A stretch of DNA of 64,000 bases, taken from NCBI RefSeq assembly GCF_006345805.1, contig NC_042999.1, positions 132,432,001 through 132,496,000 on the forward strand. Reading direction: 5' to 3'. Below, in pieces: positions 11,462 through 25,203 of this stretch (the stretch's first letter is position 1; the number at the start of each line of letters is the position of its first letter). This stretch comes from Octopus sinensis. Its lineage: Eukaryota. The notes below the pieces were generated by a model. That model was not told the DNA's origin and did not search any database. It saw nothing but the letters and a program-made list of their open reading frames with translations. The position numbers and the translations under genes are program-made.

Positions 11462-12525
11462 TGTACATAAAATTTATGTTTGTTCTTGCTTGCAATCTTT
11501 ACATTCAGTTATGACATCGCATAACATTCAGTTATGACAACGTAATGGAAGTCGTTGTACTTACGCATATGTGCTTGTTCCTGACATTTATCGTAATATA
11601 TATAATTGGAAACAGACGTAAAATTTAAATTCGCCTTATAAACCGGCCTTTCAGTCAAAATGTACACATCAGTAAACTGAGAAGACATTTTTAACAACTT
11701 AAAATTGCATTCGTTGTGGCACTCAAATATCACGGGGATCTTTGGTACTAATTTCTATTTATCATATCCCAGGATGGTATGTTTTCAAGAGAAAGTATTT
11801 GAACTTGACCGTCAATTCCAAGATCAGTGTAGTATAATTCATATGAGTTTTATATTTGTTATTGGCGCTCTCTTTGCCACTTCCCCTCTCTCATTGCTGA
11901 GTGCTTTCATGTGTTTACACAAATAGATTATTATAATATTATTTGGCCCCGTGCCGACAAAAATGACGGCTAACTGGGTAATTTTTCAGAGTAACACCTG
12001 CACAATTTTCGCAAAGAAAAAAAAAAAAACTCGGATTTTTTTGCTTGGAATCAAGTACACTGTCCTCCTAATATGCTGCAAATCCCTTATTTTGGTTCGA
12101 GAATAGTTTGTTTAATAAAATGGAGATTATGATTTTGAAAAAAAAAAAATTCCTTTTCCAGTATTTGATTTCTTTATTTTTAAAATTTCTTTTGTTTTTA
12201 TTTAACTTTCCTTCAAAAGATTTTCTGCTTCATGTACTAAACAAGCAAGATTGTGATTGAGAAATAAAAATCCAAATTTTAATATTTTGATTTTATTGTT
12301 TCCTTCTCTAATTTTGATAGTTTTTTTTTCTTTCTGACTATTGTTTTGGAAACGTTTCCCAGACTCACTCCTTCAAACAGATTTAGACGTAAAATATTAC
12401 GGTTATGCGAAAATAGAATTTTTACAAATTCAGCAGCTTCATCGGATTTGGTGTATTTTAAAACATAGCTGCTCACAAATACATGCGTGCGCACATGTAA
12501 TCGTGTGTGTGTGTGCACGAGTGTG

Positions 12526-12571
<46 letters not shown>

Positions 12572-13342
12572 ATATATATATATATGTTTCTATATCCAAA
12601 TTGAAGGAGTAGAGCAGGTAGTATCCTGGCTACATATGTTTCTTATCTAGCAGATCCTCTGATATAATAATAACGAGGGGTACGCAACTATCTACGCATC
12701 TGGCTGATGAGACCTTAATTATATAATGGTTATATTGACGATACGGAATTTCGAGTTAGGTCGCTGAAGATAAAATTTGAAACTTTCAAATTTGTTTCTT
12801 CCTGCGAGTTAACTTGGGATTCTATATCGACAATGTGACCTTTACCCAATTAAGGTACCTTCACCCTAATAAATAGGTAGCTGAGTACCCGTCGTTGAGT
12901 AACTATCATAACAGGATCTGAAGAAATATATGTAGCTTGGATGTTACACACACACACACACATATACTCACTCAGTCGAAGCACTTGATTTTTTTTCACC
13001 GTACGACTTCCATCATCCCACTACCAAGTTTGCCATCACCCCATCCTTTCTCATTCAGATGTTGCGACGGAGAAAGGCACAAACTTCCATTACCCACTAC
13101 CAAGTTTGCCATCACCCTTTCCTTCCTTATTCATCTATAAACCCCTCCATTTCTCATTCATATGCTGTGATGGAGAAATACACATCAGCTTATCGAACCT
13201 CGATATGAGAAAAGCCAACAACCTTCGACGGCAACAAATAATTATCGTTCCTGTTGATCCGGAACGTTGTTTTAATACCTACCATGGACTGCTCGAAGCT
13301 TATAAACTTTCTACATGGATCTCGTGTACACACACACGCACG

Positions 13343-13444
<102 letters not shown>

Positions 13445-14024
13445 CATATCAAAACAGAAGTGTGGGAAAAAGATGCGAATGGGCTAGGTTAGGAATCCCC
13501 ATCTTAAAAGGTGTCGTTGCTAGGGCCAAAAACGCACTTTGACAAGTCTACTCTCATTCTTTTATGTATCTGTCTTACTCCATCACTCACTCTCTTTCCT
13601 CCCTTCCTTTCACGTTCTATGTATAACGTCGTTTCACAGCGTCTACCTCCCTTCCCTTCCCTTCACTTTGTCTTTATAACGTCGTTTCACAGCGTCATAT
13701 ATCTCCCCCTCCCCGCCTTCGACAGCGCTTTCACACTCTCTCTCTTTACGTCTGTCTGCATTCATAGAGAGAGAATTTTCATCGCCACCACCACCACACA
13801 ATCATGAGAACAAATATTATGAATCAGATATTTATTGGGTTAATTTATATATGTGTGTGTGTTCTATATATAAATATGTATATATAATGTATATATACAA
13901 AGTGTATATATCTGTGTGTATATATATATATATATATATAATTGGTATACATTTATATATATACCACACTCTTACCCGCGCGTAGATCGGGTCACCTTAA
14001 GCTAGTATGTATATATTATTTTGT

Positions 14025-14391
14025 TTCAGTCATTTGACTGTGGCGATGGTGGAGCACCGCCTTTAGTCGAACAAATCGACCCTAGGACTTATTCTTTGTA
14101 GCCCAAGTATTTAATCTATTGGGCTCAAGTGAGCGAACTGCTAAGTTACGGGGATGTAAACACACCAATATCGGTTGTCAAGCGATTTGGGGGACAAACA
14201 CAGATATATGACTGCACGCACAGGCACACGCACGACGGGCTTCTTTCAGTTTTCATCTATTAAATCCAGCCACAAGGCTTTGGTTGGTTCGGGGCTGTAG
14301 AAGAAGACACTTGCTCAACGTGCCGCGCAGTGTGACTGAACTTGGAACCATATAGTTGGGAAGCAAGCTTCTTATCACACAGCAACGCCTG

Positions 14392-14429
<38 letters not shown>

Positions 14430-14910
14430 AAACCGAACATACGTACACAAGGCTTGCGTGTGCTGTTGGTTCGTGAGTCGGCTGCAGTTTAGGTGTAAGA
14501 AAATATATTCTCAATGCGGCTGTTGTTAAAAACACCTTTTACTCTTTTACTTGTTTCAGTTTTTTGACTGCGGCTATGCTGGAGCACCGCCTTTAGTCGA
14601 GCAAATCGACCCCAGGACATATTCTTTGTAAGCCTGGTACTTATTCTATCGGTCTCTTTTGCCGAACCGCTAAGTTCCGGGGACGTAAACACACCAGCAT
14701 TTTGTTGTCAAGCGATGTTGGGGGTCAGACACACACACGCACATACGCACACACACACACAGACATAGATACGACGGTCTTCTTTCAGTTTCCGTCTACC
14801 AAACCCACTCACAAGGCTTTGATCAGCTCGAGGCTATAGTAGAAGAGACTTGCTCAAGGTGCCACGCAGTGGGACTGACGGCTGGTAAGCAAGCTACTTA
14901 CCACACAGCC
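14025..14910 (-). mobile_element. Two adjacent tRNA-type SINEs (unit 2)
   Basis: Duplicates of 7795-8720. Confidence 0.75.
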
Positions 14911-15109
14911 GCTCCTGCAAGTAATTCCCAAGCAAGCAAGATAACTCACATCATGTCCCTTCTCGGAGTGATAGACATCGATGTTGCGTCATTGTTGTAA
15001 CTTTTTAATGCCGCGTACCGAACGAGACTTGCTGCAAGCTAAATCGCCGACTATTACTATATGCTAAATAGTTTCAGAACCATATATTGGCATGTCCAGA
15101 CGTTTCATG

Positions 15110-17160
15110 GCATGGTAATCATCATCATGATCGTTTTGCGTCCGCTTTCCACGCCAGCATGGGTTAGACGGTTCAACTGGAGTCTGGGAAGCCAGAAGGC
15201 TGCACCAGGCCCAGTCTGATCTGGCAATTTTTCTACGGCTGGATGCCCTTCCTAACGCCAACCGTTCCGGTTGCTTTTTACGTGTCACCGACATGGTGTC
15301 CAGGCGAGGCTGGCAACGGCCACGATTGGATGGCGCTTTTTACGTGCCACCGGCATGGAGGCCAGTCGGGGCAGCGCTGACAACGGTCACGTTCGGATGG
15401 TTCTCTTATGTGCCCCCGGCACTGGTATCCCAGCTACAATTTCCATTGATGTTGATAGATTTCGATTTTGATTCTGATTCTCACTTGCCTCAACAGGTCT
15501 TCACAAGTAGAGTTTTGTGTCCCAAGAAGGAAAGATATGCATAAGTGGACCGGCTACATTCCAGGTAGAGGCCACGGGTTATGGTCTCATTAGTCCTGCC
15601 AGGTCTTCTCATGCTCAGCATACTTCCATAGGTCTACCTCTTCCACAGGATCCCTCAACCGCTAGGGTGTGGCGCTTTTTCACACAGCTATCCTCATCCA
15701 TTCTTGCCACATGACCATACCAGCGCAAACGTCTCTCTTGCACACCACAACTGATGCTTCTTAGGTCCAACTTTTCTTTCAAGATACTTACACTCTGTCG
15801 AGTATGAACACTGACATTACACATCCATCAGAGCATACTAGCTTCATTTCTAGCGAGCTTACGCATATCCTCAGCAGTCACGGCCCATGTTTCACTGCCA
15901 TGTAGCATGGCTGTTCGTACACATGCGTTATACAGTCTGCCTTTTACTCTGAGCGAGAGGCCCTTTGTCACCAGCAGAGGTAAGAGCTCTCTGAACTTTG
16001 CCCAGGCCATTCTTACTCCAGCAGTGACACTTTCAGCACATTCGCCCCCGCTACTGACTTGGTCACCTAGGTAACGGAAGCTAGCAACAATTTCTAGTTT
16101 TTCTCCCTGGAATGTGGCGGAGGTCTCTGCGCATTTTCAGTGTTTATTGCTCCCGAGCATCTGCCATATACAAAAACTATCTTCCTAGTTAGCCTTCCTT
16201 TGACATTGCTGCACCTCTTATGTGTCCATAGCTTACACTTGGTGCATCTTATAGAGTTTCTACCTACGCCTTTTCTACAGATCAAGCAGGGCCACCTACC
16301 TGAAGGCGTTTGTGATTTGTCAACTTTCCTACTTATTAGGACTTTGGTTTTAGCTAGGTTGACTCTAAGGCCCTTCGATTCTAATCCTAGCTTCCACACC
16401 TGAAACTTCTCCTCCAGTTCTGATAGTGACTCAGCAATTAGAGCAAGGTCATCAGCATAGAGGAGCTCCCAGGGGCATCCTGTCTTGAATTCCTCCGTTA
16501 TTGCCTGGAGGACTATGATGAATAGGAGGGGGGGGAAGACTGAAGCTTGGTGGACCCCTAGCTCTACTCTGAATTCTTCACTGTACTCGTTGCCAACCCT
16601 CACCTTACTAGCAGCGTCTGTGTACATGGCTTGTACAGCTCTCACTGACCATTCATCTATCCCTATTTTCTTCATTGATCACCAGATAAGGGATCGGGGG
16701 ACCCTGTCGAAGGCTTTCTCCATGTCAACAAAATCCAGGTACAGGGGCTTATCTTTGGCTAGGTATTTCTCCTGCAGCTGCCGTACCAGGAATATAGCAT
16801 CAGTGGTACTTTTCCCTGGCACGAACCCAAACTGCATCTCATCTAAACTAACTCTCTCTCTAATTAGTTGGGCTATGACCCTCTCCGTAACCTTCATTAC
16901 CTGATTCAACAGCTTGATACCCCTGTAGTTATTTGTATCTAGGGCGTCACCTTTACCTTTGTAGCAGTTGACTATTATGCTGCTACACCAGTCATTGGGA
17001 ATGACTCCTTCGTGTATCACCTGGTTAACTATACGGGTGACTAGGCTATAGCCGACACTACCAGATATTTTGAGCATTTCTGCAGTAATTGCTGATGGGC
17101 CTGGGGCTTTCCCTGTCTTCATGCTTCTAATTGCCTTAACTACCAAGGAACTGTCAATTC
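15110..17160 (-). mobile_element. RTE-clade LINE, 5'-truncated and frameshifted (RT, Cys/His finger, C-terminus, 3' UTR, (GAT)n tail)
   Basis: RT motifs [53 protein letters not shown]; C-terminal 'RRLRWYGHVARM'; (atc)n at 15119. Confidence 0.92.
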
Positions 17161-17487
17161 GGACACACACACACACACACATATATATATACACACACAC
17201 ACACACATATATATATGCATACATATATGTATATATATATATATATGCATACATACATATATGTATATATATATACATACATATATATATGCATACATAT
17301 ATATATATATGCATACATATATATATATATATGCATACATATATATATGCATACACATATATATATGCATATATGCATACATATATATATATATATATGC
17401 ATATATGCATACATATATATATATATATGCATATATGCATACATATATATATATATATGTATACATATATATATATATATATATATA
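17161..17487. repeat. Compound (CA)n/(TA)n/(ATGCATAC) microsatellite
   Basis: Seen directly; the source of several spurious Y/I/M/H ORFs. Confidence 0.95.
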
Positions 17488-18670
17488 CTAGCAGTATCGC
17501 CCGGCGTTGCTCGGGTTGTAAGGGAAATAACTATATAAGCATTTTTAGAGAGTTATAGCAAAAAAATAGCAAAAAAATGCATTAAAAATTGAAAAAAAAT
17601 TAAGGTAAATTTTTTAAAAATCGTTGACACATCGTAGATATTTTTAGAGAGTTACTTCCCTTATATAAAAGCGAAAAAAATGCATTAAAATGGAAAAATA
17701 TGATGGTAAATTTTTTTTAAATCGTAGACTCATCGTAGACGCGCGCTAATACCCAGAAGGGCTCGATATGAATCACGACTATAAGATACCCGCTTTTGGT
17801 TAAACTGCACCGCAAAATGTGGGAGTAATTACGAATGTAAATCGAAGGGGACAGACACACAACTTCACTCTTATATAAAGATGCTTTTTTTTTTTCAGTC
17901 ATAGAGTTAGATTTATGAAGGTCTTCAGTAGAAAATCCTTCGAATTCTGACTCGCTGCTTGATATAATGAAATTCGTATCCATTTTTTGTCAGAATTACA
18001 AATTTTGAAAACACAATAGGAACAAATTTCGGAAAAAAATCTCCCATAATTCACGGAATTAAAATTACACTTCGATTTTTGTACAAAACTGTATTTGAAC
18101 TGTTTACGAAGTATAATACGTGTTTTCACGAATGTACTAAAGAGATTTACTCTGATATTCTCATTTAAATATGAATAGGTAAATTCGGGCGGTTTGGTAA
18201 CGAAAGGGTTTATATAAGTGTCGTCTGTTTATACATAAACACTGTTTCATACTTTCAGTTTAGTCTTCCTCAAATCACTCTGTCGCTAATTTACTCTCTT
18301 CGAAGAACATTTTCACTCACACTTATCTGTTAGCTTGCCATACATTTTACTCATGTATCTATCAGCGTGATAGACAGAAACAAATATTACATCTAGTTTC
18401 ACTTTATTCGTTGCACACTGTGTGTGTGCGTTTGTGTGTGCTGTAAACCAGACTAAGAAAAGCATTTGACATACACACCAGAATGTGAGTTTTCTGTAAA
18501 TTTTGCTTAATTGGAGTTTAAATTTTAAAAACTGGACCTGGCAAAACCCGATGCATTCTACTCTTAAAAATGCTAGGTAAATTGTAATTGAAGAAATCCT
18601 ATATTGTAGATTTCTATAACTGACAAAGGGAGGCAGATAAAATCTGCCTTTTATAATAAGAGATAAGAGA
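17488..18670 (-). mobile_element. Non-autonomous composite Helitron A
   Basis: Minus-strand 3' end 'CCCGAGCAACGCCGGGCGATACTG-CTAG|T' (hairpin plus CTAG); 5' end 'A|TCTCTTATTATAAAAGGCAGATTTTATCTGCC'; internal ~95-bp subrepeats. Confidence 0.8.
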
Positions 18671-18692
18671 TATGCATATATATATATATATA

Positions 18693-18764
18693 CTAGCAGC
18701 GATACCCGGCGTTGCCCGGTTACATTCAATTGAAGAATTAGACTTTTCTGTTATATATACATGG

Positions 18765-18806
<42 letters not shown>

Positions 18807-21355
18807 TAATATAAATACATGAAAGTACATGAAATCTGTTAAAAAAAAGGGGATCATGTATATACCTCCTGGCTGTTGAGATTATAACACTTCGTTGTAA
18901 ACAATGTTCCTTGTTTTTCCTTGTGGAGCATATACAAAAAGGTTTCTTTTGGTTCCAACTCTTGAGCAGCCAAGATACAGTTACCCATGCGAGAAGCAGG
19001 GCTCTTCCAAGAGAAGACCAGCTACAGAGAGGGTTTGACCCTGAGATTTGTTAATGGACATGGCAAAGCTGACACGAAGGGGGAATTGCAGTCTTCTGAA
19101 TGTAAATGGAATTTCTGCTCCTGATGGAGTGAGACGAATTCTTGGAATAAAGACGTCATCACCTTTTCCACATCCAGAAAGAATGATCGCCTCGATAACG
19201 TGTGACATCATTTTCTTTATCACCAGTCGTGTTCCATTGCAAAGTCTTGGTGGTTCCAGATAGCGGAGTAGCATTACAGGAGTTCCAACTTTTAGTGCTA
19301 ATATGTGTGGAGGTAGTCCAGGAGGCTCCAGTGAATTGAGAAATTCAGGAGGATAGTTCACAACTTCATTTATATCTGGAATTGTATCAACAGACTTGTA
19401 AGTGTGTATAGTGCCGGGAAGAGAATGCATTAGCTGTTGATTAATTTTGTAACAGCGACGTTTTTTGGAGCTAATATTGCTCTTTCACATAGCCAATTGT
19501 GATTTTGGTAGTTTTGTGTGAAGTTGGGAAAGACTTTGTTTTTGAGGTCATCTACAGAATTAAAAACAGAGGAAAATGACCACACTTCCATTTGTCCTGC
19601 AGCATCGAGAGGCATCTTGCCTTCACCAAGTGTCAAAATGTCCTGTGCAAACTTTGTGGACATTTTGTCGCCGTGTAGCTGAGCTCTCATGTTAGTGGTG
19701 AGACTGAGGATTGTAACATGATGCCACAGGGTAGAGGACTTTGGAGCCTGACAGTCTCGGATGTCTTTCATGGTTCTATCTAATGCTTCCAAAGCTCCCT
19801 TCTGAGCCATAGTGCACTCGTCCCTGACAATTAGATGACACATTTTAAGTACTTGTCTCTGATCTGAGCTTTTGGTGATGTTGCATGAAGGCATTTCGGA
19901 TGCTGCTAAATTTGAGAAGGAGTTTAAAAGTTGAGTGAGCTGTCCTGCCACCGGGTAACAAAGTAGCTGCAATGCTAGAGGAAGCTACAGCTAGTGCAAT
20001 GTCCTGATGCTGCCTAATTTCTGCAAGGAGAAGCTTTGTAATAAATGTTTTTCCTGTCCCTCCAGGAACATCGAGGAAGAAGATTCGTCCCTTGCGTTGG
20101 CGTACACTGTTAAGAATAGTTCTGTAGGCCTGCAGCTGGTCCGGAAGAAATTTAGGCTCATTTTAAACAATGTACTTTGAAAGCGCTTGAGTGTCGTATG
20201 TTGTTTCACGAATGACAGCAGTGGGAAGGCTATTTGACCTTGACTTGAATGCTTGTGGCAGGCCATACGTCGACAATTCATTTACACCCAGTTTAGCAAT
20301 TCTGTCTTCAATGTCAATGAGTGTTTTGTTATAGATTTCATTGCTAATACCCTCCATGTCAGGATAGAGCAGTTGAGGTTGGCGCTGAAAGTCTTCAGAC
20401 AGGTTGTCTCTATATTTGAGCCATAGAGTGGCCGGATCACACAGTTCGCATGCCTGTAGTATTAATGCAAATAGTGCCCTGAGACTTTTAGGTGATTGTG
20501 ATAAAGCAGCCTCTCCTAAAGTTGCATCCCGTTGTGCACCATCTTCTAACAGACCTTGTCGATAGCAGGCTTCTCTGTATGTTGTGCAGACATGTCCATG
20601 AACGGTTTTTAGGGCCTGGAAAGACATTGGCCCTCTGACCTCATGCAGTAGTAGACGAAGGTAGAAGCACTCTTGTTGAGTGGGATGCACTGTGTATACT
20701 CGCCCAAGGCAAGTGTGAAACTTAATGCCAGGGTATCCATGAACATTTTGACCTGCTTTCCGTGGGGCCCATTTTTTTCCATTCCAAGTGTAGTACGATG
20801 GAATCTGTGGATACAGCAAGGTTTGAGCGAGTGGATCCACTTGACAAAGCTTGAAGAATGCAGTGAGTGTGCTATCCCTTGTTTCCTCTGCCAACAGAGA
20901 AGCATTAGCATCGGTGAAGTAAATCTTTGACCATTTTCCAGGTGCACTGCAAGTTGTTGAATGGCGGGGTGTCGTTGGTGAATTGGAAAGCCAAAGATGC
21001 GCCAGAAAGCCTCGTTGCTACTTATGTACCGTCCCACCCGATAAAGCGTCACCTCATCCTGGCAGTATTCTTGTTGAAGTCCAAACATTGCAGCGTCAGA
21101 ACCCTTGTTTACATATTTGCAAACGTACTTGATAGATTTAACGGAGTTGCAAAACTCAACGTTGATGTGGGCATTGAAAGTCTTTGACAGGAGTGGGCAG
21201 TATGGAACAATCCATCTATTATCAACATCGTGCTGTCCGATAGTTGCTGTGAAACCTCCGTCTTCTGGTTTTCTGCGTCTATATGATGGATACCCATCAG
21301 CACCTGTCTGAGTTTCTTGTAGGAACATCCTTGGAAATCTTTTTGAACATATGCT
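18693..21355 (-). mobile_element. Helitron RepHel remnant (end of Rep plus PIF1 helicase), frameshifted, with intact 3' hairpin-CTAG
   Basis: 'DGYPSYRRR..VDNRWIVPY..HINVEFC..SIKYVCKYVNKG', 'GRVYTVHP..FYLRLLL', 'DECTM', 'RLCNGTRL', 'RRLQFPLRVSFAMSINKSQGQTL'; CTAG at 18693-18696. Confidence 0.95.
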
Positions 21356-21443
21356 GTCCTTCCAAGTCACCACACAGTGGGACTGAACCCAGGACCATGT
21401 GTTTGGAATGTAGTTTGTTACCACACAGCCACACCTGCCCCTA

Positions 21444-21445
<2 letters not shown>
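21356..21445 (-). mobile_element. SINE 5' fragment interrupting the Helitron
   Basis: 'cacacagtgggactgaacccaggaccatgtg...ttaccacacagccacacctgcc'. Confidence 0.65.
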
Positions 21446-21499
<54 letters not shown>

Positions 21500-22289
21500 C
21501 GTGCGCGTATGTGTGTATAGGTAGATATATTATGCATGTATATATGTGTATATATATGTGTACATATTACATGTACATCTATATATATACATCTACACAT
21601 AAAATACAAAATACAAAGTTATATCTTGATATCGCTAGTGATAACAATACTCAAAATATATAACAGACTGGAATTGTAGGCCCGTGTCTTGCAATTTCGA
21701 TCAATTGGATCTTGTCCTCCCTCTTGTATAGAAGTGTACGGCTGCAGCGATATTCATTTTTGGACTTTCTTTTATCGAAGGCATTTTAACAAAAATGCTT
21801 CCGTAAAGACGGTGAAAATATTGTCAATTTCCCCAAACAGGGTCACAATTCAATTTTTAAACAATAACCAAAGCCCCTTCTCCCAAAGGGGGAGGGTTAC
21901 GGTTTACAATTATTTAACAAATGCAACACAACAACGTTTCCCTGGCGAGGAACCAACAAACGTGATTACAATAGTCAAACAGTAATAATAATAACAAAAA
22001 ACCTTTTTAATGTATCTCCATTTATATGAAACCACTTATTCAAGTTCAAGGTATTGATGCAATTTTATACGAATTGCTAATACACGCACACACACATAAT
22101 AAGGGTGAAAAATTGAATATTAATTTGATCAATATGAATTGAAAACCAGTGGTGTAGCATATAAGACCATAGCGGATCTTCTTCTAGCAAAAAGATTGAC
22201 CACTTTTAATGGTTCATCCTTGTTATATAATACTTTCAATTTAATAGTTTCGGTATTAAAATGAAAGTGTCTGCATTACAATAGAGAAA

Positions 22290-22525
22290 TATTTTTGTTT
22301 CACTTTTAACACGTAATACTGAAAAAGTGGAGAAAATATGATATTGCTGTGGGGTCGCCCTAGGGAAAAAGTTAAAGTTTTTTTTGGCGATGACACTCCC
22401 CGGACATTAAGTAAGGCATGTGTAAAATTTGAATGAAATTGGTTGTGTAGTTCTCAAGTTTTAGGGAAACAGACTGACAGACAGACAGACAGACAGACAC
22501 ACATTCTCAGTTTTATATATATATA
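22290..22525 (-). mobile_element. Helitron-type 5' terminal region (possibly the 5' end of the 18693 element)
   Basis: Minus strand reads (TA)n-AAAACTGAGAATGTGTGTCTGTCTGTC..CAACCAATTTCATTCAAATTT, a typical non-autonomous Helitron start. Confidence 0.5.
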
Positions 22526-22753
22526 TATAATATATATATATATATAGATATATACATACATATATGTATGTATATAGATATATACATACATATATGTATG
22601 TATATAGATATATATATATATACATATATACATACATATATGTATGTATGCATATATATACATATATGTATGTATGCATATATATATATATATATGCATA
22701 CATATATATATATATATATGCATATTTATATATGCACACATACATATATGTAT

Positions 22754-22785
<32 letters not shown>

Positions 22786-22908
22786 GCATACATACATATA
22801 TGTATATATGCATACATACATATATGTATATATATGCATACATACATATATGTAAGTATGTATATATATATATATATGCATGCATACATATATATGCATA
22901 CATATATG

Positions 22909-22940
<32 letters not shown>

Positions 22941-23014
22941 CATACATATATGTATATATATACATATATATATATATGCATACATATATGTGTATATATA
23001 TATATATATATATA
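22526..23014. repeat. Compound (TA)n/(ATGCATAC) microsatellite
   Basis: Seen directly; abuts the Helitron CTAG end. Confidence 0.95.
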
Positions 23015-24561
23015 CTAGCAGTATCGCCCGGCGTTGCTCGGGTTTGTAAGGGAAATAACTATATAAGCATTTTTAGAGAGTTATAGCCAAAAAATAGCAA
23101 AAAATGCATTAAAAATGGAAAAAATATGATGGTAAATTTTTTTAAAAATCGTTGACTCATCGTAGACATTTTTAGAGAGTTACTTCCCTTATATAATAGC
23201 GAAAAAATGCATTAAAATGGAAAAAAAACGATGGTAAATTTTTTTTTAAATCGTAGACTCATGTAGACGCTTTCTTAGCCATTTCTGTTTTGGTGTCTTC
23301 AAGCCATGAAGTCGTTGTTCTAAAAGAACGCTGGTCTCCTTGACAACGCATTACGACGTTGATTTCCTTACACTCCCTTCCCCACAGGTGCAGGTGTGAG
23401 CGTGGACGCCAACTCCGCCGCCATCGACACACGAAAAATTATGCATTAAAATGGAATAAAAAATGATGTTAAATTATTTTTAAAATCATAGACTCATCGT
23501 AGACGCGCGCTAATACTCAGACGGGCTCGATATGAATCACGACTATAAGCTACCCGAATTTGGTTAAACTGCACCGCAAAATGTGGGAGTAGTTAGGAAT
23601 CTAAATCGAAGGGGACAGACACTCACACAACTACAGTTTTATATATATAGACATACATAGCGCAGTAGTGGTGAGATGTGACAGCAAAGAAAAGCATACA
23701 TTCACTCTCTGCATGCGATTAGACTCGGAAAGTTCGTGAGGAACCCATTGACCCAATTTGCTGACTTTTCCGATAGCACACAGGTCTCAATGAATGGTTG
23801 AATGACCAAATCCAAGCTTCTCTGCTAGTTCCTCAACAGTTACGATGAGATTTTGTTCCACCAGGGTTTTCAGGATGTCCTTGTCGAGTTCTACAGATCT
23901 TTCAGGATGAGACTCGTCTTCTAGGCTGTAGTTTATGGCTCGGAATTTCTGGAACCACCATTGACACTGCCTTACGCTTATTGTCCAATCCCCATATACT
24001 GCATTAATATTTCTTGTACTTTCCGTTGCGTTGTTGTCTTTATTGAACTCATAAAGCAAAATATGCCAATATGCTCCTTTGTTACTTCCAATATAGCTTT
24101 GAAAAAAATAGCTGTTAAAATCGAAATGCACTCTTCAAAACTTGCACTATGAATAAGGACAAGATAAAATTACTACCTACTTTTATAGCAATTTAATATA
24201 AGTAGTTTATCCCATTCCCCTCTGACTTTTAGTTCAAGCTGTTGAAAAAACCGCATTATTATATATATATACATACATACGTACATACATATACACACAC
24301 ACTCTCTCTCTCTCACACACATGCACACATTTATATTCTGTTATTCTTTTATATGTTTCAGCCTTGAGGTTGTGGCCATGCTGGATCATGTGTGTGTGTG
24401 TGTGTGTCTATCTGTCTGTCTGTCTGTATGTATATATGTATATGTATGTGTGTGAACAATAATATTTTCAACAGATGTGTTGCAAATGTATCTGATTGTT
24501 CTCAAGCTTCAATACTGTGTGTGTATGTATGTGTGTGTGTATGTATGTATGTGTGTGTGTA

Positions 24562-24592
<31 letters not shown>

Positions 24593-25058
24593 ATGTATGT
24601 ATGAGTGTATGTTTACTTTATTACTAACACAAGCCACTACGGTTATTTAATGTAAAGTCTTCCTCAAATCACTATCTCTGGCTATTTACTCTCTTCCAAG
24701 AACATTTTCACTCACTCTTATGTGTTAGCTTCCCATACATTTTACTCATGTATCTATCAGCGTGATAGAGAGAAACAAATATTACATCTAGTTTCACTTT
24801 ATTCGTTGCCCACTGTGTGTGTGCGTTTGCGTGTGGTGTAAACCAGACTAAGAAAAGCATTTGACACACACACCAGAATGTGAGTTTTCTGTAAATTTTG
24901 CTTAATTGGAGTTTAAATTTTAAAAACTGGACCTGGCATGACGCGATGCATTGTACTCTTAAAAATGGTAGGTAAATTGTAATTGAAGAAATCCTATATT
25001 GTAGATTTGTATAACTCCCGAAGGGAGGCAGATAAAATCTGCCTTTTATAATAAGAGA
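23015..25058 (-). mobile_element. Non-autonomous composite Helitron B (same termini as A, different interior)
   Basis: CTAG at 23015-23018 with the same hairpin as 17488; 24650-25058 matches 18260-18663, including 'ggcagataaaatctgccttttataataagaga'. Confidence 0.8.
23700..24200 (-). mobile_element. Mariner transposase N-terminal remnant
   Basis: 'HILLYEFNK..NATESTRNINAVYG..ISVRQCQWWFQKFR..SLEDE..TVEELAEKLG' (mariner HTH region). Confidence 0.85.
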
Positions 25059-25114
25059 TATATATATATAATTAATTAATAAGGGTGAGAGAATTAGATA
25101 CTAATTTAATAGCA

Positions 25115-25199
<85 letters not shown>

Positions 25200-25203
<4 letters not shown>

